From a virus (taxonomy: Duplodnaviria > Caudoviricetes), in the IMG/VR virus record IMGVR_UViG_3300033741_000108, positions 38,531 to 102,530 of that record: 64,000 nucleotides of DNA; one strand, written 5' to 3'. The notes below the pieces were generated by a model that saw only the letters and a list, made by a program, of their open reading frames with translations, made no database searches and was not told where the DNA came from. Each line of letters opens with the position of its first letter. Position 1 is the first letter of the stretch. The translations under genes were made by a program, and so were the position numbers. Below, in pieces: positions 10,282-20,267 of this stretch.

Positions 10282-10743
10282 ATGAAATTTTATACACAAA
10301 AATATGAAGATGTAAAAGAATTAAATTTACAATTGAAAAAACTTTTCTATTTAGGAAAAGATTTACTTCAATATTTAGATGACACAGCACCATTGCACTA
10401 TTATATTAAAGAGATTGTAGCATTATTACAGAATGAAGAAACAAGAACACGTTCTTACTATAATGATGATTTTATTAAAATAACAAACAAACTGTTTGGT
10501 AAACATAAAAAGGCTGGGCTGATTGATTATTGTAAGTTGGATGGGGATTTTGCAACTGATATAGTTGAATCATATGTATTAGAAGTTAGTAAAATATTAG
10601 ATATGTATATTGATTATAGAGGAGGATTAAAATTTGAACATTGTGATAAGCACAATTGTGAAACTCCACATATGATCGCTGATGATGGTATGCATTGCTT
10701 AATATGTATTGGTGAAAAAGGAGGATTGGAATGGCTAAGTTAG
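10282..10743 (+). CDS. hypothetical protein with C-terminal Cys/His cluster
   Basis: CDKH...CLIC. Confidence 0.7.
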   Translation: MKFYTQKYEDVKELNLQLKKLFYLGKDLLQYLDDTAPLHYYIKEIVALLQNEETRTRSYYNDDFIKITNKLFGKHKKAGLIDYCKLDGDFATDIVESYVLEVSKILDMYIDYRGGLKFEHCDKHNCETPHMIADDGMHCLICIGEKGGLEWLS

Positions 10744-11834
10744 ATATAAAAATAGGTAATTTAATGACTCATGATGACTTAGCATGTTCGCAATCTCTAG
10801 CAAGTGCTATGTCTGATATAGTACACGATAATTTATTTAGAGAATGGAAGGAATATAATAATATGGATAACAATATAATTGAATGGAAATTAAAATGTAT
10901 TAATGTATCAAGAAATAATAAGAGGGATTTTACAATTGGTAAAGTTTATAGTTTAACAATGGACGGATTGAAATCAGATAATTATACTTGGAAGAATTTC
11001 TTATCAAAAAGCGGAGATAATCCATATGAAAAATGGTTAGAGTTTGTAGATGAAGCACAAAATGTATGGGGTGATATATTAAATTTTGAATTAGTTGGGG
11101 TAAATTATTTAACCACTAGTAAATATATTGATAATGGAATAGATATACAAAAATCAGTATCTAACGTGCACACTATAGGTGAGAACTTATTTGATAGTTG
11201 TAATATACCTTTAAGACCAGTACCTGTAATTGATGATAGAGAATATCCATTACATGAGAAACAATATAAAGGTACACCATTTGAAGATACAGGTATACTT
11301 AACGATGGAATGCTTACAAAAAATGTAACAAGAGGAGTGTGTGCATCACATATTTTTATTGATCATGTGTGGGATATAGAATTGTATAATAAGGAGGATA
11401 GTAAGATGAAAGATAGAGTAGGTAAAAGATATCAAGAATTATGGGATATGTGGTGTGAATTGCAAAATATAGTAGATGGAAGACTAGAAGAAGAGAAAGT
11501 ATTAGACAGTCTAGGTATTTATAATGATTTGGATATAAGTAAACTTAAATCAGAGAAGGGAAAAATAAATAATCTATTAAAAGGTTATTCATCATTAAGT
11601 AAAATGGGAATTACTAATATTGCGAACAACGATCCTCACACTATAGTAAATTTTAGTAACGGTGATGAGGTTATTAGCAAAACATCAGATTATGATAATT
11701 ATGATTTAGAAAAGGGTGTGCTGTTAGCACTGGTTAAACATAGTAGTAGTTGTACAGATTATCATAGCAACAGAACATATTCATTTGAAATTTTTGATGC
11801 AATTGATGATTTTGTTAATAGAAGATGGGTGTAA
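10731..11834 (+). CDS. hypothetical multi-domain phage protein
   Basis: 367-aa ORF; C-terminal PHTIVNFSNG..YDLEKGVLLAL. Confidence 0.75.
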   Translation: MAKLDIKIGNLMTHDDLACSQSLASAMSDIVHDNLFREWKEYNNMDNNIIEWKLKCINVSRNNKRDFTIGKVYSLTMDGLKSDNYTWKNFLSKSGDNPYEKWLEFVDEAQNVWGDILNFELVGVNYLTTSKYIDNGIDIQKSVSNVHTIGENLFDSCNIPLRPVPVIDDREYPLHEKQYKGTPFEDTGILNDGMLTKNVTRGVCASHIFIDHVWDIELYNKEDSKMKDRVGKRYQELWDMWCELQNIVDGRLEEEKVLDSLGIYNDLDISKLKSEKGKINNLLKGYSSLSKMGITNIANNDPHTIVNFSNGDEVISKTSDYDNYDLEKGVLLALVKHSSSCTDYHSNRTYSFEIFDAIDDFVNRRWV

Positions 11835-12034
11835 TTATGGACTTTATAAAATATCTTTTTAAATGGGTACTATTTATTTGTGCTTTTGCATTATCTGTAT
11901 TATTAGTTGTATTATGGGTAGTTGGTGTAGTATATACATTAAATAACACTGGTGATATACAAATTTGGTTTATACCATATTGGATATTTAGTGCTGCACT
12001 TGTTTTAGCAGTAGCAACTTATAAAGATTATTAG
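11825..12034 (+). CDS. small 2-TM membrane protein
   Basis: two hydrophobic helices. Confidence 0.65.
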   Translation: MGVIMDFIKYLFKWVLFICAFALSVLLVVLWVVGVVYTLNNTGDIQIWFIPYWIFSAALVLAVATYKDY

Positions 12035-12052
12035 ATTAGTGAGGAGAAATAT

Positions 12053-12553
12053 ATGAATAAAATGAAAGAGAAAATTAAAAAGACAAGAGAATACTTAGAT
12101 TATATAGAAGAGCATTATGATAATGTACAAAAAGCTTGGTCTGCATCTAGACCAAAATTAGAAGGCTTGATTGATCAAAAATCATTGCTATGTTTAGATA
12201 AACAAATAGCAGAGCATGACTTATCTAAAATGTCTATTGAAGAATTTATACAATATAGAGAACGTTTTTCACCTATAAATGAAAATGAACAACATGGTGC
12301 CTATTGGAACTTTCAAGATGCTTGGGATAATCATAAAAAATCTAATCAACACCACTGGCAAAACTGGATATATATGGAAAATAAGACTAATAGAAAAATG
12401 TGCATTATACACAATGTAATAGATTGGATTGCTATGGCATATAAATTTGGTGACAGTGCAGAATTTTACTATGGTAATAATAAAACTGCAATTCGAATAT
12501 CAGATGGTGATAGAGAGTATTTAGAGGAAATATTAGATATTATAGGAGGTTAG
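12053..12553 (+). CDS. HD-domain (DUF5662-like) protein
   Basis: H...HDLSK...H..NQHHW...VIDW. Confidence 0.65.
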   Translation: MNKMKEKIKKTREYLDYIEEHYDNVQKAWSASRPKLEGLIDQKSLLCLDKQIAEHDLSKMSIEEFIQYRERFSPINENEQHGAYWNFQDAWDNHKKSNQHHWQNWIYMENKTNRKMCIIHNVIDWIAMAYKFGDSAEFYYGNNKTAIRISDGDREYLEEILDIIGG

Positions 12554-12557
12554 CGGT

Positions 12558-13106
12558 ATGAATATAGGCTTTATTGGAGCAAAAGGGACAAGCAAAAGCA
12601 CTATGGAGAAATTAATTGTTAATAGAAATAATAATATAAAAAAAGTAATATCCCATACCACAAGAGAACCACGCATTGGCGAGGTTGATGGTGTAGATTA
12701 TCATTTTGTAAGTAGAGAAAAATTTATTTCTCTAAAAGATAATAATTTTTTTGCAGAATATGTGGAAAACAGAGGGGCATTATACGGCATATCTAAATCA
12801 GAGCTAAGTAATGAAGAGTATATAAAGTGTTTTGTTGTTGATTATGATGGGCTAAAACAGATAAGGGATAATTATGGTGATATATTTACAATATATTTAG
12901 AGTGTGACAAACATCAAAGGATTCAAAGAATATTAAATAGAGACCTTGAATTAAATTATAACATCTTTGAGAAAGATGATTTGTATTTTAAAAAACATAA
13001 GCACAAAATAAATCCAAATATAAAAATTGACACAACAAATAAAAACATTAATGATGTTTATGATATAATAATAAAAAATTTAAAGTCTAAGATTGATATT
13101 TTATGA
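12558..13106 (+). CDS. gmk: guanylate kinase
   Basis: ISHTTREPRIGEVDGVDYHFVS, YGIS; variant P-loop GAKGTSKST. Confidence 0.88.
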   Translation: MNIGFIGAKGTSKSTMEKLIVNRNNNIKKVISHTTREPRIGEVDGVDYHFVSREKFISLKDNNFFAEYVENRGALYGISKSELSNEEYIKCFVVDYDGLKQIRDNYGDIFTIYLECDKHQRIQRILNRDLELNYNIFEKDDLYFKKHKHKINPNIKIDTTNKNINDVYDIIIKNLKSKIDIL

Positions 13107-14077
13107 ATGACAAAAAATACTCAACGGGACATATTGGTGAGCAATATATTACAAATGAAGGTTGTATATGTAAAATAATTGAAGGTGGCAGTAGACTTGG
13201 GTATTGTACTATTAAAATTTATGGAGGCAAGAAGAATTATATAGGTGAATTTAGGTATGCACATGTAAAAAATGGTGCAATAACAAATCCAAATTTAATA
13301 AAAAAATATCTAAGAAACCACATTGGTGAGAAATATATATTAGATAATGGAGATACTGTAGATATTATAGACACTGGTAGTAAAGCTGCTTTTTGTACAG
13401 CAAAAATAACATGCAAAACTGATGGAATGTTTTGTATTAAGGAAGTTCAATATTTTAATTTGTCAAATCCGAATTATGAATTTGAGTTAAAAAATCCTTT
13501 AAGAAGAACATTTTGTAATGTAGGATATATGGGGTGTGGTGAGTACCCTAATCGTAATAAAAAAGTACATTTGAAAGCATATAGTTCGTGGGTGGGTATG
13601 TTAGCAAGGTGTTATAGTAAAAATTCATTAAAAACAAACCCAACCTACAAAAACACTTTTGTTTGTGACGAATGGCATAATTTCCAAAACTTTGCAGAGT
13701 GGTATATTAAAAATTATAGAGAATTTAAAGATTCAACAGCGGCATTAGATAAGGATTTATTAGGTGACAGTACTCTATATTCGCCAAAAACTTGTTGTAT
13801 TATACCTAAAGAATTAAACAGTTTTATAATTAGAATTAAAAACAGAGGAAGAGTGAAGCACATAGGTATAACCCTTAGAAAAGATGGTGGTAAATATGAT
13901 GTGACAATATATTCTTCAAAAGAAGGTAAAAATATACGCTTGGGTAGATATTCTGATTTAAAAAAGGCTAGAGAGATTTATAATGTCGCTAGAGAGGACA
14001 AATGTAAACAGATGAAGCAAAAATGTATTGACAAGTGGGGAATTACTGATAAAAATATACTAAATAATATAGAATAG
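13103..14077 (+). CDS. putative homing endonuclease, paralog of 4425-5375
   Basis: N-terminal HIGE.Y repeats; WVGMLARCY, WHNFQNF, LDKDLL, YSPKTC; AP2-like tail. Confidence 0.75.
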   Translation: MNDKKYSTGHIGEQYITNEGCICKIIEGGSRLGYCTIKIYGGKKNYIGEFRYAHVKNGAITNPNLIKKYLRNHIGEKYILDNGDTVDIIDTGSKAAFCTAKITCKTDGMFCIKEVQYFNLSNPNYEFELKNPLRRTFCNVGYMGCGEYPNRNKKVHLKAYSSWVGMLARCYSKNSLKTNPTYKNTFVCDEWHNFQNFAEWYIKNYREFKDSTAALDKDLLGDSTLYSPKTCCIIPKELNSFIIRIKNRGRVKHIGITLRKDGGKYDVTIYSSKEGKNIRLGRYSDLKKAREIYNVAREDKCKQMKQKCIDKWGITDKNILNNIE

Positions 14078-14092
14078 AAGAGAGGTGTAATT

Positions 14093-14371
14093 GTGCATAA
14101 GGATCAAAAAAACTATGATAACACTAAATTAAAAGTAGGTGGAGCATATAGAATTGATTGTGACATGGCAACAAATCCATTTCAAGAATTAGATTTTATA
14201 GTAGATAATGATAGACGTAGAATCAATTTCAATGTAATTATTTTAGAGGAGCATGATAATTTCTTCCTAGCAAAAGCATTAGAGGATGAGGATATAATTA
14301 ATTCTATCAATGTAACAATATCTAAATCTCATCTAATAACAAATACTATTAATCTTAAATTATTAAATTAG
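14093..14371 (+). CDS. hypothetical protein
   Basis: RBS gaggtg, GTG start. Confidence 0.6.
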   Translation: MHKDQKNYDNTKLKVGGAYRIDCDMATNPFQELDFIVDNDRRRINFNVIILEEHDNFFLAKALEDEDIINSINVTISKSHLITNTINLKLLN

Positions 14372-14374
14372 TTT

Positions 14375-14403
14375 TTGACAAATATGCACATGTGTGTTAT
14401 AAT
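14375..14403 (+). promoter_or_regulatory. consensus SigA promoter
   Basis: TTGACA-17-TATAAT with TG. Confidence 0.85.
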
Positions 14404-14445
14404 GATAAGCATTGAATGATAAAAATATAAAGGAGATGAATAATA

Positions 14446-14880
14446 ATGAAAGTATTTGCAGATACAATTAAAGAGGAAAATACTGAGGTTGAGGTACTTC
14501 AATTAGCTAAGTTGGTTCAAGACTGGTTACAATCACAATTTGATGATTATAGATATGGTGCAGAGGCAATTGTAATGTTATCAGAAAATATAGTTGTATT
14601 CATTGAAACACCAGAACAATTTGCAAGAATTGGTTTTGATAATATTAAATTTGGTAGTGATGATGGTGTATTTAAATTAGAATTCGATGGAGATGGTAAT
14701 GAATTTTACTTTGGATTCTTAACAGAGTCAAAGATTGGTAAATATTCTGGTGATTTAGAATTACCAATATCATTAACTAATGATGAAGATTTGATTAACG
14801 AATTAAAGAAAACACAGGGTGTAAAAGTTACACCGCTTAAATGTAAAGATGAAGATGAATTTTTAGAAACAATTAAATAA
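14446..14880 (+). CDS. hypothetical protein with own promoter and terminator
   Basis: RBS aaggag; promoter 14375, terminator 14890. Confidence 0.8.
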   Translation: MKVFADTIKEENTEVEVLQLAKLVQDWLQSQFDDYRYGAEAIVMLSENIVVFIETPEQFARIGFDNIKFGSDDGVFKLEFDGDGNEFYFGFLTESKIGKYSGDLELPISLTNDEDLINELKKTQGVKVTPLKCKDEDEFLETIK

Positions 14881-14889
14881 CAATAAAAC

Positions 14890-14918
14890 AAGAGTTGAGA
14901 TTAATTTCTCGACTCTTT
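14890..14918 (+). terminator. hairpin terminator
   Basis: aagagttgaga/tctcgactctt. Confidence 0.65.
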
Positions 14919-14961
14919 CGTAGTTTATACAGATACAATCGTTTTCCTAGGAGGTGAGAGT

Positions 14962-15051
14962 ATGTATTTACTAAATAGTTTTTCTTTAATTTTTATGACA
15001 ATGGAATCAAATGTTGATTATGACTGGAATAGGTTCTATGATCTTTACTAA
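14962..15051 (+). CDS. small peptide (29 aa)
   Basis: RBS aggaggtg; MYLLNSFSLIFMTMESNVDYDWNRFYDLY. Confidence 0.5.
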   Translation: MYLLNSFSLIFMTMESNVDYDWNRFYDLY

Positions 15052-15062
15052 GGAGGTTAATT

Positions 15063-15137
15063 ATGTTTGAACAAATAGTAAGTGTAGGATTATTAATGGG
15101 TATAGTTTATAAATTAAATAAAGAATTAAAGAGGTAG
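15063..15137 (+). CDS. small hydrophobic peptide (24 aa)
   Basis: RBS aaggaggt; MFEQIVSVGLLMGIVYKLNKELKR. Confidence 0.55.
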   Translation: MFEQIVSVGLLMGIVYKLNKELKR

Positions 15138-15171
15138 TAATCATGCCTCTATTTTTTTTTACATATTTTCC

Positions 15172-15199
15172 TTGACAGGCTTTTCCTATGTGGTATAAT
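15172..15199 (+). promoter_or_regulatory. SigA-type promoter
   Basis: TTGACA-16-TATAAT with TG. Confidence 0.75.
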
Positions 15200-15237
15200 G
15201 AAAATATAGAAAATCAGATAGAACAAAAGGAGAGAAT

Positions 15238-15633
15238 ATGAGAAAATTATTATTAGAAAAGTCAAAGAAAATTGCAACAATATTAGAAGATGTTGAGGAA
15301 TTATATGAGGAAGCAAAAGTAAAACATTCTACAATTGATAAACTTAGGAATGACATATTACACGAGATAACACTTGACTCACTAAGTGCTGTGGATATGA
15401 CAAAGAAATATATAGAATTGAGAACAACACTTAGATTGAGAATAATATACAAAGATAATATAGATTACCTCAAAACTTTTAGAAGATATAATAGTCTAAA
15501 AAATGCAAAGAAGTCAGCAAATGAAATAAATGAAATTAGTAAAAATAAAAAATATAGAAAATACACTAAAAGAGTTGAGAGTGAAGTAAGACAGGAGATA
15601 TTAGACGATATTAATAAGTATGAAGGAGTTTAA
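15238..15633 (+). CDS. hypothetical coiled-coil protein
   Basis: RBS; DILHEI...R.IYKD. Confidence 0.75.
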   Translation: MRKLLLEKSKKIATILEDVEELYEEAKVKHSTIDKLRNDILHEITLDSLSAVDMTKKYIELRTTLRLRIIYKDNIDYLKTFRRYNSLKNAKKSANEINEISKNKKYRKYTKRVESEVRQEILDDINKYEGV

Positions 15634-15635
15634 AA

Positions 15636-16382
15636 ATGAATTTAATAAAAATGTATAAGAAAGAAATTAATAAACTAACAGATGATATAGCTTTCAAAAA
15701 CAGTATGATAATAACAATGTTTATAGTGATTGTATTATTATCACTTTCTACACTCAAACTAACATATAAGGTAGCAGAATTGAATGAAGAAAATGCTAAA
15801 TTAAATACTCAAATTGAGGAATTAGAAATGAATAATACAACACTATCAACACAAAATTACGCTCTGAACCACAAAAATGGTTTACTGGAGGCAAAGTACC
15901 AAGACACAATTAAAAACGCTTCTAGACAGGTTATAATCGCTTTAAACGACATGTTTTACATTGATGATATCCCGTTGACGCTTGACCAACAACAATATAT
16001 CCATAAGGTTGCGAGTATGTATGGGATAGACTATGAAATGGTTATTGGTTTAATCGACCTTGAAAGTCAGTTTGATTTAGGAGCAATAGGTTATAATAAA
16101 AACAGTAAGGATTTTTCTTTAATGCAAGTGAATAGTAAAAATGAAGAATGGGTTGAGGGTAAATTAGGTAGAGAGTTAGACTTAATGTTATTCAAAGACA
16201 ATATAGATGCTGGTATGTGGTTACTAAATTATTATAGAGATAATAATATTTATAAAATGTATACTCAATTCAACAAAGGCAAGCAGGGAGCTAAAAATTA
16301 TTTTAATAAACACTTGACATACAAATCAGAATATGCTATGATGGTTTTAGAAAGAATTAGAAAATATAAAGGAGATGAGTAA
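15636..16382 (+). CDS. membrane-anchored lytic transglycosylase (SLT domain)
   Basis: TM plus coiled coil; YGIDYEMVIGLIDLESQF, LMQVN, NIDAG..LL. Confidence 0.8.
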   Translation: MNLIKMYKKEINKLTDDIAFKNSMIITMFIVIVLLSLSTLKLTYKVAELNEENAKLNTQIEELEMNNTTLSTQNYALNHKNGLLEAKYQDTIKNASRQVIIALNDMFYIDDIPLTLDQQQYIHKVASMYGIDYEMVIGLIDLESQFDLGAIGYNKNSKDFSLMQVNSKNEEWVEGKLGRELDLMLFKDNIDAGMWLLNYYRDNNIYKMYTQFNKGKQGAKNYFNKHLTYKSEYAMMVLERIRKYKGDE

Positions 16383-16662
16383 AGTGGAAAATATTTATAA
16401 GTATAATATTTATCCAAGTGACAAGCAAAGATTAATGATAAGATGTAAGTCTATTAATAACATTCTAAGTGTTGATGAACAAGATGGAAATATTGTAGCC
16501 TATGCATTAAGAGATGATGAAAATCAATTTAAATATTATGATTTTATAGTAGTAGGGACAGGTCACCCTGTTCACTTTAATAGAAATGAATATAAATTTT
16601 TAGGTACTGTGAAATTATATGACGGTAAATTTATGTTCCATGTGTTTTGCAAGGAACTGTAG
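16375..16662 (+). CDS. hypothetical phage protein
   Basis: IYKY..ILSV..VVGTGH..FLGTV..FHVF. Confidence 0.7.
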   Translation: MSKVENIYKYNIYPSDKQRLMIRCKSINNILSVDEQDGNIVAYALRDDENQFKYYDFIVVGTGHPVHFNRNEYKFLGTVKLYDGKFMFHVFCKEL

Positions 16663-16685
16663 AATTTAATATAAGGAGGGAAATT

Positions 16686-16853
16686 ATGTTTTTAAATTAC
16701 ATTGTAATAGGATTTGTTTTCATTTTTTATATGATTGGATTATTCTTAGGACAAGAAGCCGATAATACTATTGTTATGCTTTGGGTATTAATGAATTCAG
16801 CTTTGCTAATAACAATATTAGATAAGGTTAATAAATTAGGAGATGATAAATAA
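16686..16853 (+). CDS. small 2-TM protein (start moved to 16686)
   Basis: RBS aaggaggg. Confidence 0.6.
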   Translation: MFLNYIVIGFVFIFYMIGLFLGQEADNTIVMLWVLMNSALLITILDKVNKLGDDK

Positions 16854-17035
16854 TGGATAGTTTAATTAAATGTCCAGAGTGTGGACGTATTCAAGAATCA
16901 GTTGAGATAAGTTTGATCCCATCTAGTAATAAATACATAGATGGTAGAAGTTTAGCTAAGGTTAAATGTGAATGTGGAGAAGAGTTTTCCTTTAGTATAT
17001 ATTGGAATTACACAAATAGTTTAGGAGAGGGTTAG
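16853..17035 (+). CDS. small Zn-ribbon protein
   Basis: CPEC...CEC. Confidence 0.65.
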   Translation: MDSLIKCPECGRIQESVEISLIPSSNKYIDGRSLAKVKCECGEEFSFSIYWNYTNSLGEG

Positions 17036-17036
17036 T

Positions 17037-17312
17037 ATGAAAAAGAGAGTTAATATAACTGATTGGAGCTTTAGTGAGGATAATAATCCATACATTGCAC
17101 CAGATCAGCGAGTAATGAGATTATATGGCGATGTATATGGACATCTAAGAATTGAAAACACACATGAAGTATCGACATCAGCAGTATTAAAAATTGATTA
17201 TGAAAAATGTGAAGTAGAAACACTTAATACTATTTATGTATTAGGTAAGCCAAGTGAGAAATATGCTAAGATGTATGATTTGAGTAAGTTTAATTTTAAA
17301 AGGGATGAATAA
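17037..17312 (+). CDS. hypothetical phage protein
   Basis: L.GDVYGH..VSTS..VETLNTIY.L. Confidence 0.7.
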   Translation: MKKRVNITDWSFSEDNNPYIAPDQRVMRLYGDVYGHLRIENTHEVSTSAVLKIDYEKCEVETLNTIYVLGKPSEKYAKMYDLSKFNFKRDE

Positions 17313-17619
17313 AATGTTAAAAAAAATAATGTTTGCTGATGAGTTAAGAAATATAATTGACAATAATAATAATAGAGATATACCAGTATTTACTTATTTT
17401 GATTTATCTAAGTTTAGTGATGACGATATGATTATGATAACAGAACAAGAAATGAGTCAAGGTGCTTTACTTGTAAGTGGATTAAAAATATCATTGTCAG
17501 ATTTTTCATCAGAGGTTCAAGCTTACATAAATTATATACAAAATCAGAGGATTGAAAATGTTCTTAAACAAGTATTTGTGGGTAATAAAGAATTAGAGGA
17601 GGACAACAATGAAAATTAA
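17305..17619 (+). CDS. hypothetical protein
   Basis: overlapping co-directional ORF. Confidence 0.65.
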   Translation: MNKMLKKIMFADELRNIIDNNNNRDIPVFTYFDLSKFSDDDMIMITEQEMSQGALLVSGLKISLSDFSSEVQAYINYIQNQRIENVLKQVFVGNKELEEDNNEN

Positions 17620-17836
17620 AAAAATTAACAGTCAACACAGAAGAGATTTCCACGCAGATTATGAATGTGAAAATTGTGGTCATGTGGAAAAAGATAGCTA
17701 CGGTTATGATGATAGAAATTTCCATGATAATGTAATACCAAGTATGAAATGTACTGAATGTGGTAAGAGTAGAAATGATTTAGGTATTGAATCACAGGTA
17801 ACAACTACTAAGTATCCAGCAGGTGTGATAGTTTAA
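17609..17836 (+). CDS. small Zn-finger phage protein
   Basis: RRDF..CENCG..GYDD..CTECG. Confidence 0.75.
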   Translation: MKIKKINSQHRRDFHADYECENCGHVEKDSYGYDDRNFHDNVIPSMKCTECGKSRNDLGIESQVTTTKYPAGVIV

Positions 17837-18114
17837 TATTATGTGTATATAACGCACAAGCACAGCAATGTAGTCAGTCAATCACACAACTGGATGCTGT
17901 GCTTGCGTCCAGTTGTATCATTATAAAGCAAAAGAGACTAAATTACATAAATATTAAAAAGATAGCTTGACAGGATAAAAGTAAAATGGTAAGATGTATT
18001 TAGAGATAGAGAGGTAGCACCTTTTAAAGGGTTTTAATCACCAAGCAAGCATTAGCATTAAGATTCTTTAAAAGTGGCTACAATTGGCTTGTGTGTGGAT
18101 TAGGAGGGTATTAT

Positions 18115-18321
18115 ATGAATAGCAATAGTGCGTTAGAAAAAATAGTAATAATGAGTAGGTATATGGGATTAGATGAAAGATATTTAGATTCATATTTTAG
18201 CAAAAATAAATCTAAAAGATATTTATGTAAAGTCTGTGGTGAATTTCACACTAAGAAATCAGATAAGAAAAATGTTTGTATTGAATGTAGAAAAGAATAT
18301 TTAGAAAGGAATGGTAAATAA
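18115..18321 (+). CDS. small Zn-finger protein (start moved to 18115)
   Basis: RBS aggaggg; CKVC...CIEC. Confidence 0.65.
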   Translation: MNSNSALEKIVIMSRYMGLDERYLDSYFSKNKSKRYLCKVCGEFHTKKSDKKNVCIECRKEYLERNGK

Positions 18322-18509
18322 TGGAAGATTTTCACGCTTGGAATGAATTAAATTTTAGAGAAAAAATATTAGCAATCGATAATTTTAGAAAACACGAAAA
18401 GGAAAATTTTGATGATGACTATACAGCATTACAAGCAATCGATGTATTAAGAGAACGTGATTACTTTGTAAAAGATATTGACGATGGTAAAGTAGTTAAT
18501 GTTTATTAA
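18321..18509 (+). CDS. hypothetical protein
   Basis: coupled stop/start. Confidence 0.65.
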   Translation: MEDFHAWNELNFREKILAIDNFRKHEKENFDDDYTALQAIDVLRERDYFVKDIDDGKVVNVY

Positions 18510-18619
18510 AATTTAATTTGAATAAAGTATTGACAGATCAAATTTAAACTGTTACTATATAAGTATATTAAAAGTTGGTTAATTGGTAACCGATTTAGTA
18601 TTAAAAGGGAGTTGTTAAA

Positions 18620-19039
18620 ATGAAATTGAATGAAGTAAACAAAGAGAAAATTTTAAACTATAAGAATGTTGTAAATAGAATGTATGAAGTTGAAGACGAA
18701 AAAAGTAACAGTTGTAATTTATTTAAAACCTTAAAAAATACAAAAGATATGATTGAGAAAGACATTTCTAATAAATTATCTGTTGAATACAATAAGTATT
18801 ATTCGTGTTTATTTATTGAAGCAATAGCAAAAGCATTAACTAATTGTAATAGAAAATTAGAAAATATATACGATATTATGACATTTAACACATTCACAGA
18901 TATGTTTAGTTGGGATAAAGAAAAGGTAAAATTATTTAATTCAATGAGTACATTTACACAGAAAAAATCTTTTATTGAAGCACATTATAATAATGGTATA
19001 TATGTTGAAGTTGAGAACTTTAAGTTTGTAATATTTTAA
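18620..19039 (+). CDS. hypothetical protein
   Basis: promoter TTGACA/TACTAT near 18530; RBS gggag. Confidence 0.75.
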   Translation: MKLNEVNKEKILNYKNVVNRMYEVEDEKSNSCNLFKTLKNTKDMIEKDISNKLSVEYNKYYSCLFIEAIAKALTNCNRKLENIYDIMTFNTFTDMFSWDKEKVKLFNSMSTFTQKKSFIEAHYNNGIYVEVENFKFVIF

Positions 19040-19049
19040 GGGAGGAATT

Positions 19050-19439
19050 ATGAAAACTATATCTGATGGATTTATTGGATTTGGTGGTAGAGGTGGTTTA
19101 AATACTAGAATTGATATATCTAATAAAGAATATTCGATTGAATTTGATGACAAAAGTATTGAGTATTTACATGATTATTTAAACGTAATATGTAATGATT
19201 TAGATTATAATGATCTTGTATTAGGTGATATTAATAACAAACTATATGAGTATAATAAAAATGTAGATGAACATATTAAAAATAATGTTTTAATTATTGA
19301 TAAAATAAATCTAAAAACTTTTAGACTACATTTATCTATGTTATTAAATGCTATGGAAAGTGATGAGGAATATAAAGAATTTGTAGATGAGATCAATTAT
19401 TTAGATGAATTTTTGCAGAATGCTAAGGAGTTGTTATGA
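19050..19439 (+). CDS. hypothetical protein
   Basis: RBS gggagg. Confidence 0.75.
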   Translation: MKTISDGFIGFGGRGGLNTRIDISNKEYSIEFDDKSIEYLHDYLNVICNDLDYNDLVLGDINNKLYEYNKNVDEHIKNNVLIIDKINLKTFRLHLSMLLNAMESDEEYKEFVDEINYLDEFLQNAKELL

Positions 19440-19440
19440 T

Positions 19441-19674
19441 ATGGAATATAAACAAATGTTTGATTTAGAAAAATGTAGAGAAGTAAAAACAGAAGGTTTT
19501 GAAAGTTATTTAAGTGATGACGGGAAAAGTATAATTGTTGTAGAAAGAGTAAATACAGATGTATTTTTTCTAATATTTAATAACTTTGAAAAAATTGATG
19601 ATAATTGTTATAGTATAGTTGGTTATGAATCATGTACTATAAAAGTAAAAAATGGTTATACAATTAAAAATTAG
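19441..19674 (+). CDS. hypothetical protein (start moved to 19441)
   Basis: RBS aaggag. Confidence 0.65.
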   Translation: MEYKQMFDLEKCREVKTEGFESYLSDDGKSIIVVERVNTDVFFLIFNNFEKIDDNCYSIVGYESCTIKVKNGYTIKN

Positions 19675-19683
19675 GGAGGAATC

Positions 19684-20175
19684 ATGAATAATAAGAAAAA
19701 GTTAGAAGTATTAGAAAAAACATTAATAAACATTGATAATTTAGAAAGAATGGTAAAAGGTATGAGTGATATAAGTTGTATTTTATATTTTATGAATTCA
19801 ATTATAATAGAATATGACAATATAACAATTGAACTCAAAGTAGATAAACATGGTAATTTACTATTATCAGATACATTTGCAATGAATATAGTTGAAGATG
19901 GTATTAATAAGATCATTCCAACTACTAAAGATAGAATTCAAAATGAAATTTTAAAATTGCGTGGATATGATAATAAATATTTAAATTATGGAGTATTGTT
20001 ACATAATTTATTAGAAGAGTACACAGGTAAATATTTGGATAAGAAAATAGAATCTTTACTTGACGATATTGTTAGAGATTCATGTTTGGATAGTGGGGAT
20101 GTAACACCAACACAATATAATAAGATTGAAAACTTTAAGGTTTTGCTAGAAGAGTTTATAAATCAGAATTTATAA
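19684..20175 (+). CDS. hypothetical protein
   Basis: RBS gggagg. Confidence 0.75.
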   Translation: MNNKKKLEVLEKTLINIDNLERMVKGMSDISCILYFMNSIIIEYDNITIELKVDKHGNLLLSDTFAMNIVEDGINKIIPTTKDRIQNEILKLRGYDNKYLNYGVLLHNLLEEYTGKYLDKKIESLLDDIVRDSCLDSGDVTPTQYNKIENFKVLLEEFINQNL

Positions 20176-20267
20176 AATAAGTCTTGACAAGTTAAAAGCA
20201 AAATGTTAACATGTAGTTAGTAGATAAATACACAGTGTATTTATTATATAAAAAGGAGATGAACAAA

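Noticed and set aside
19405-19443. Third TGA-T +1 frameshift candidate
   Set aside because: The downstream gene has its own RBS and ATG at 19441
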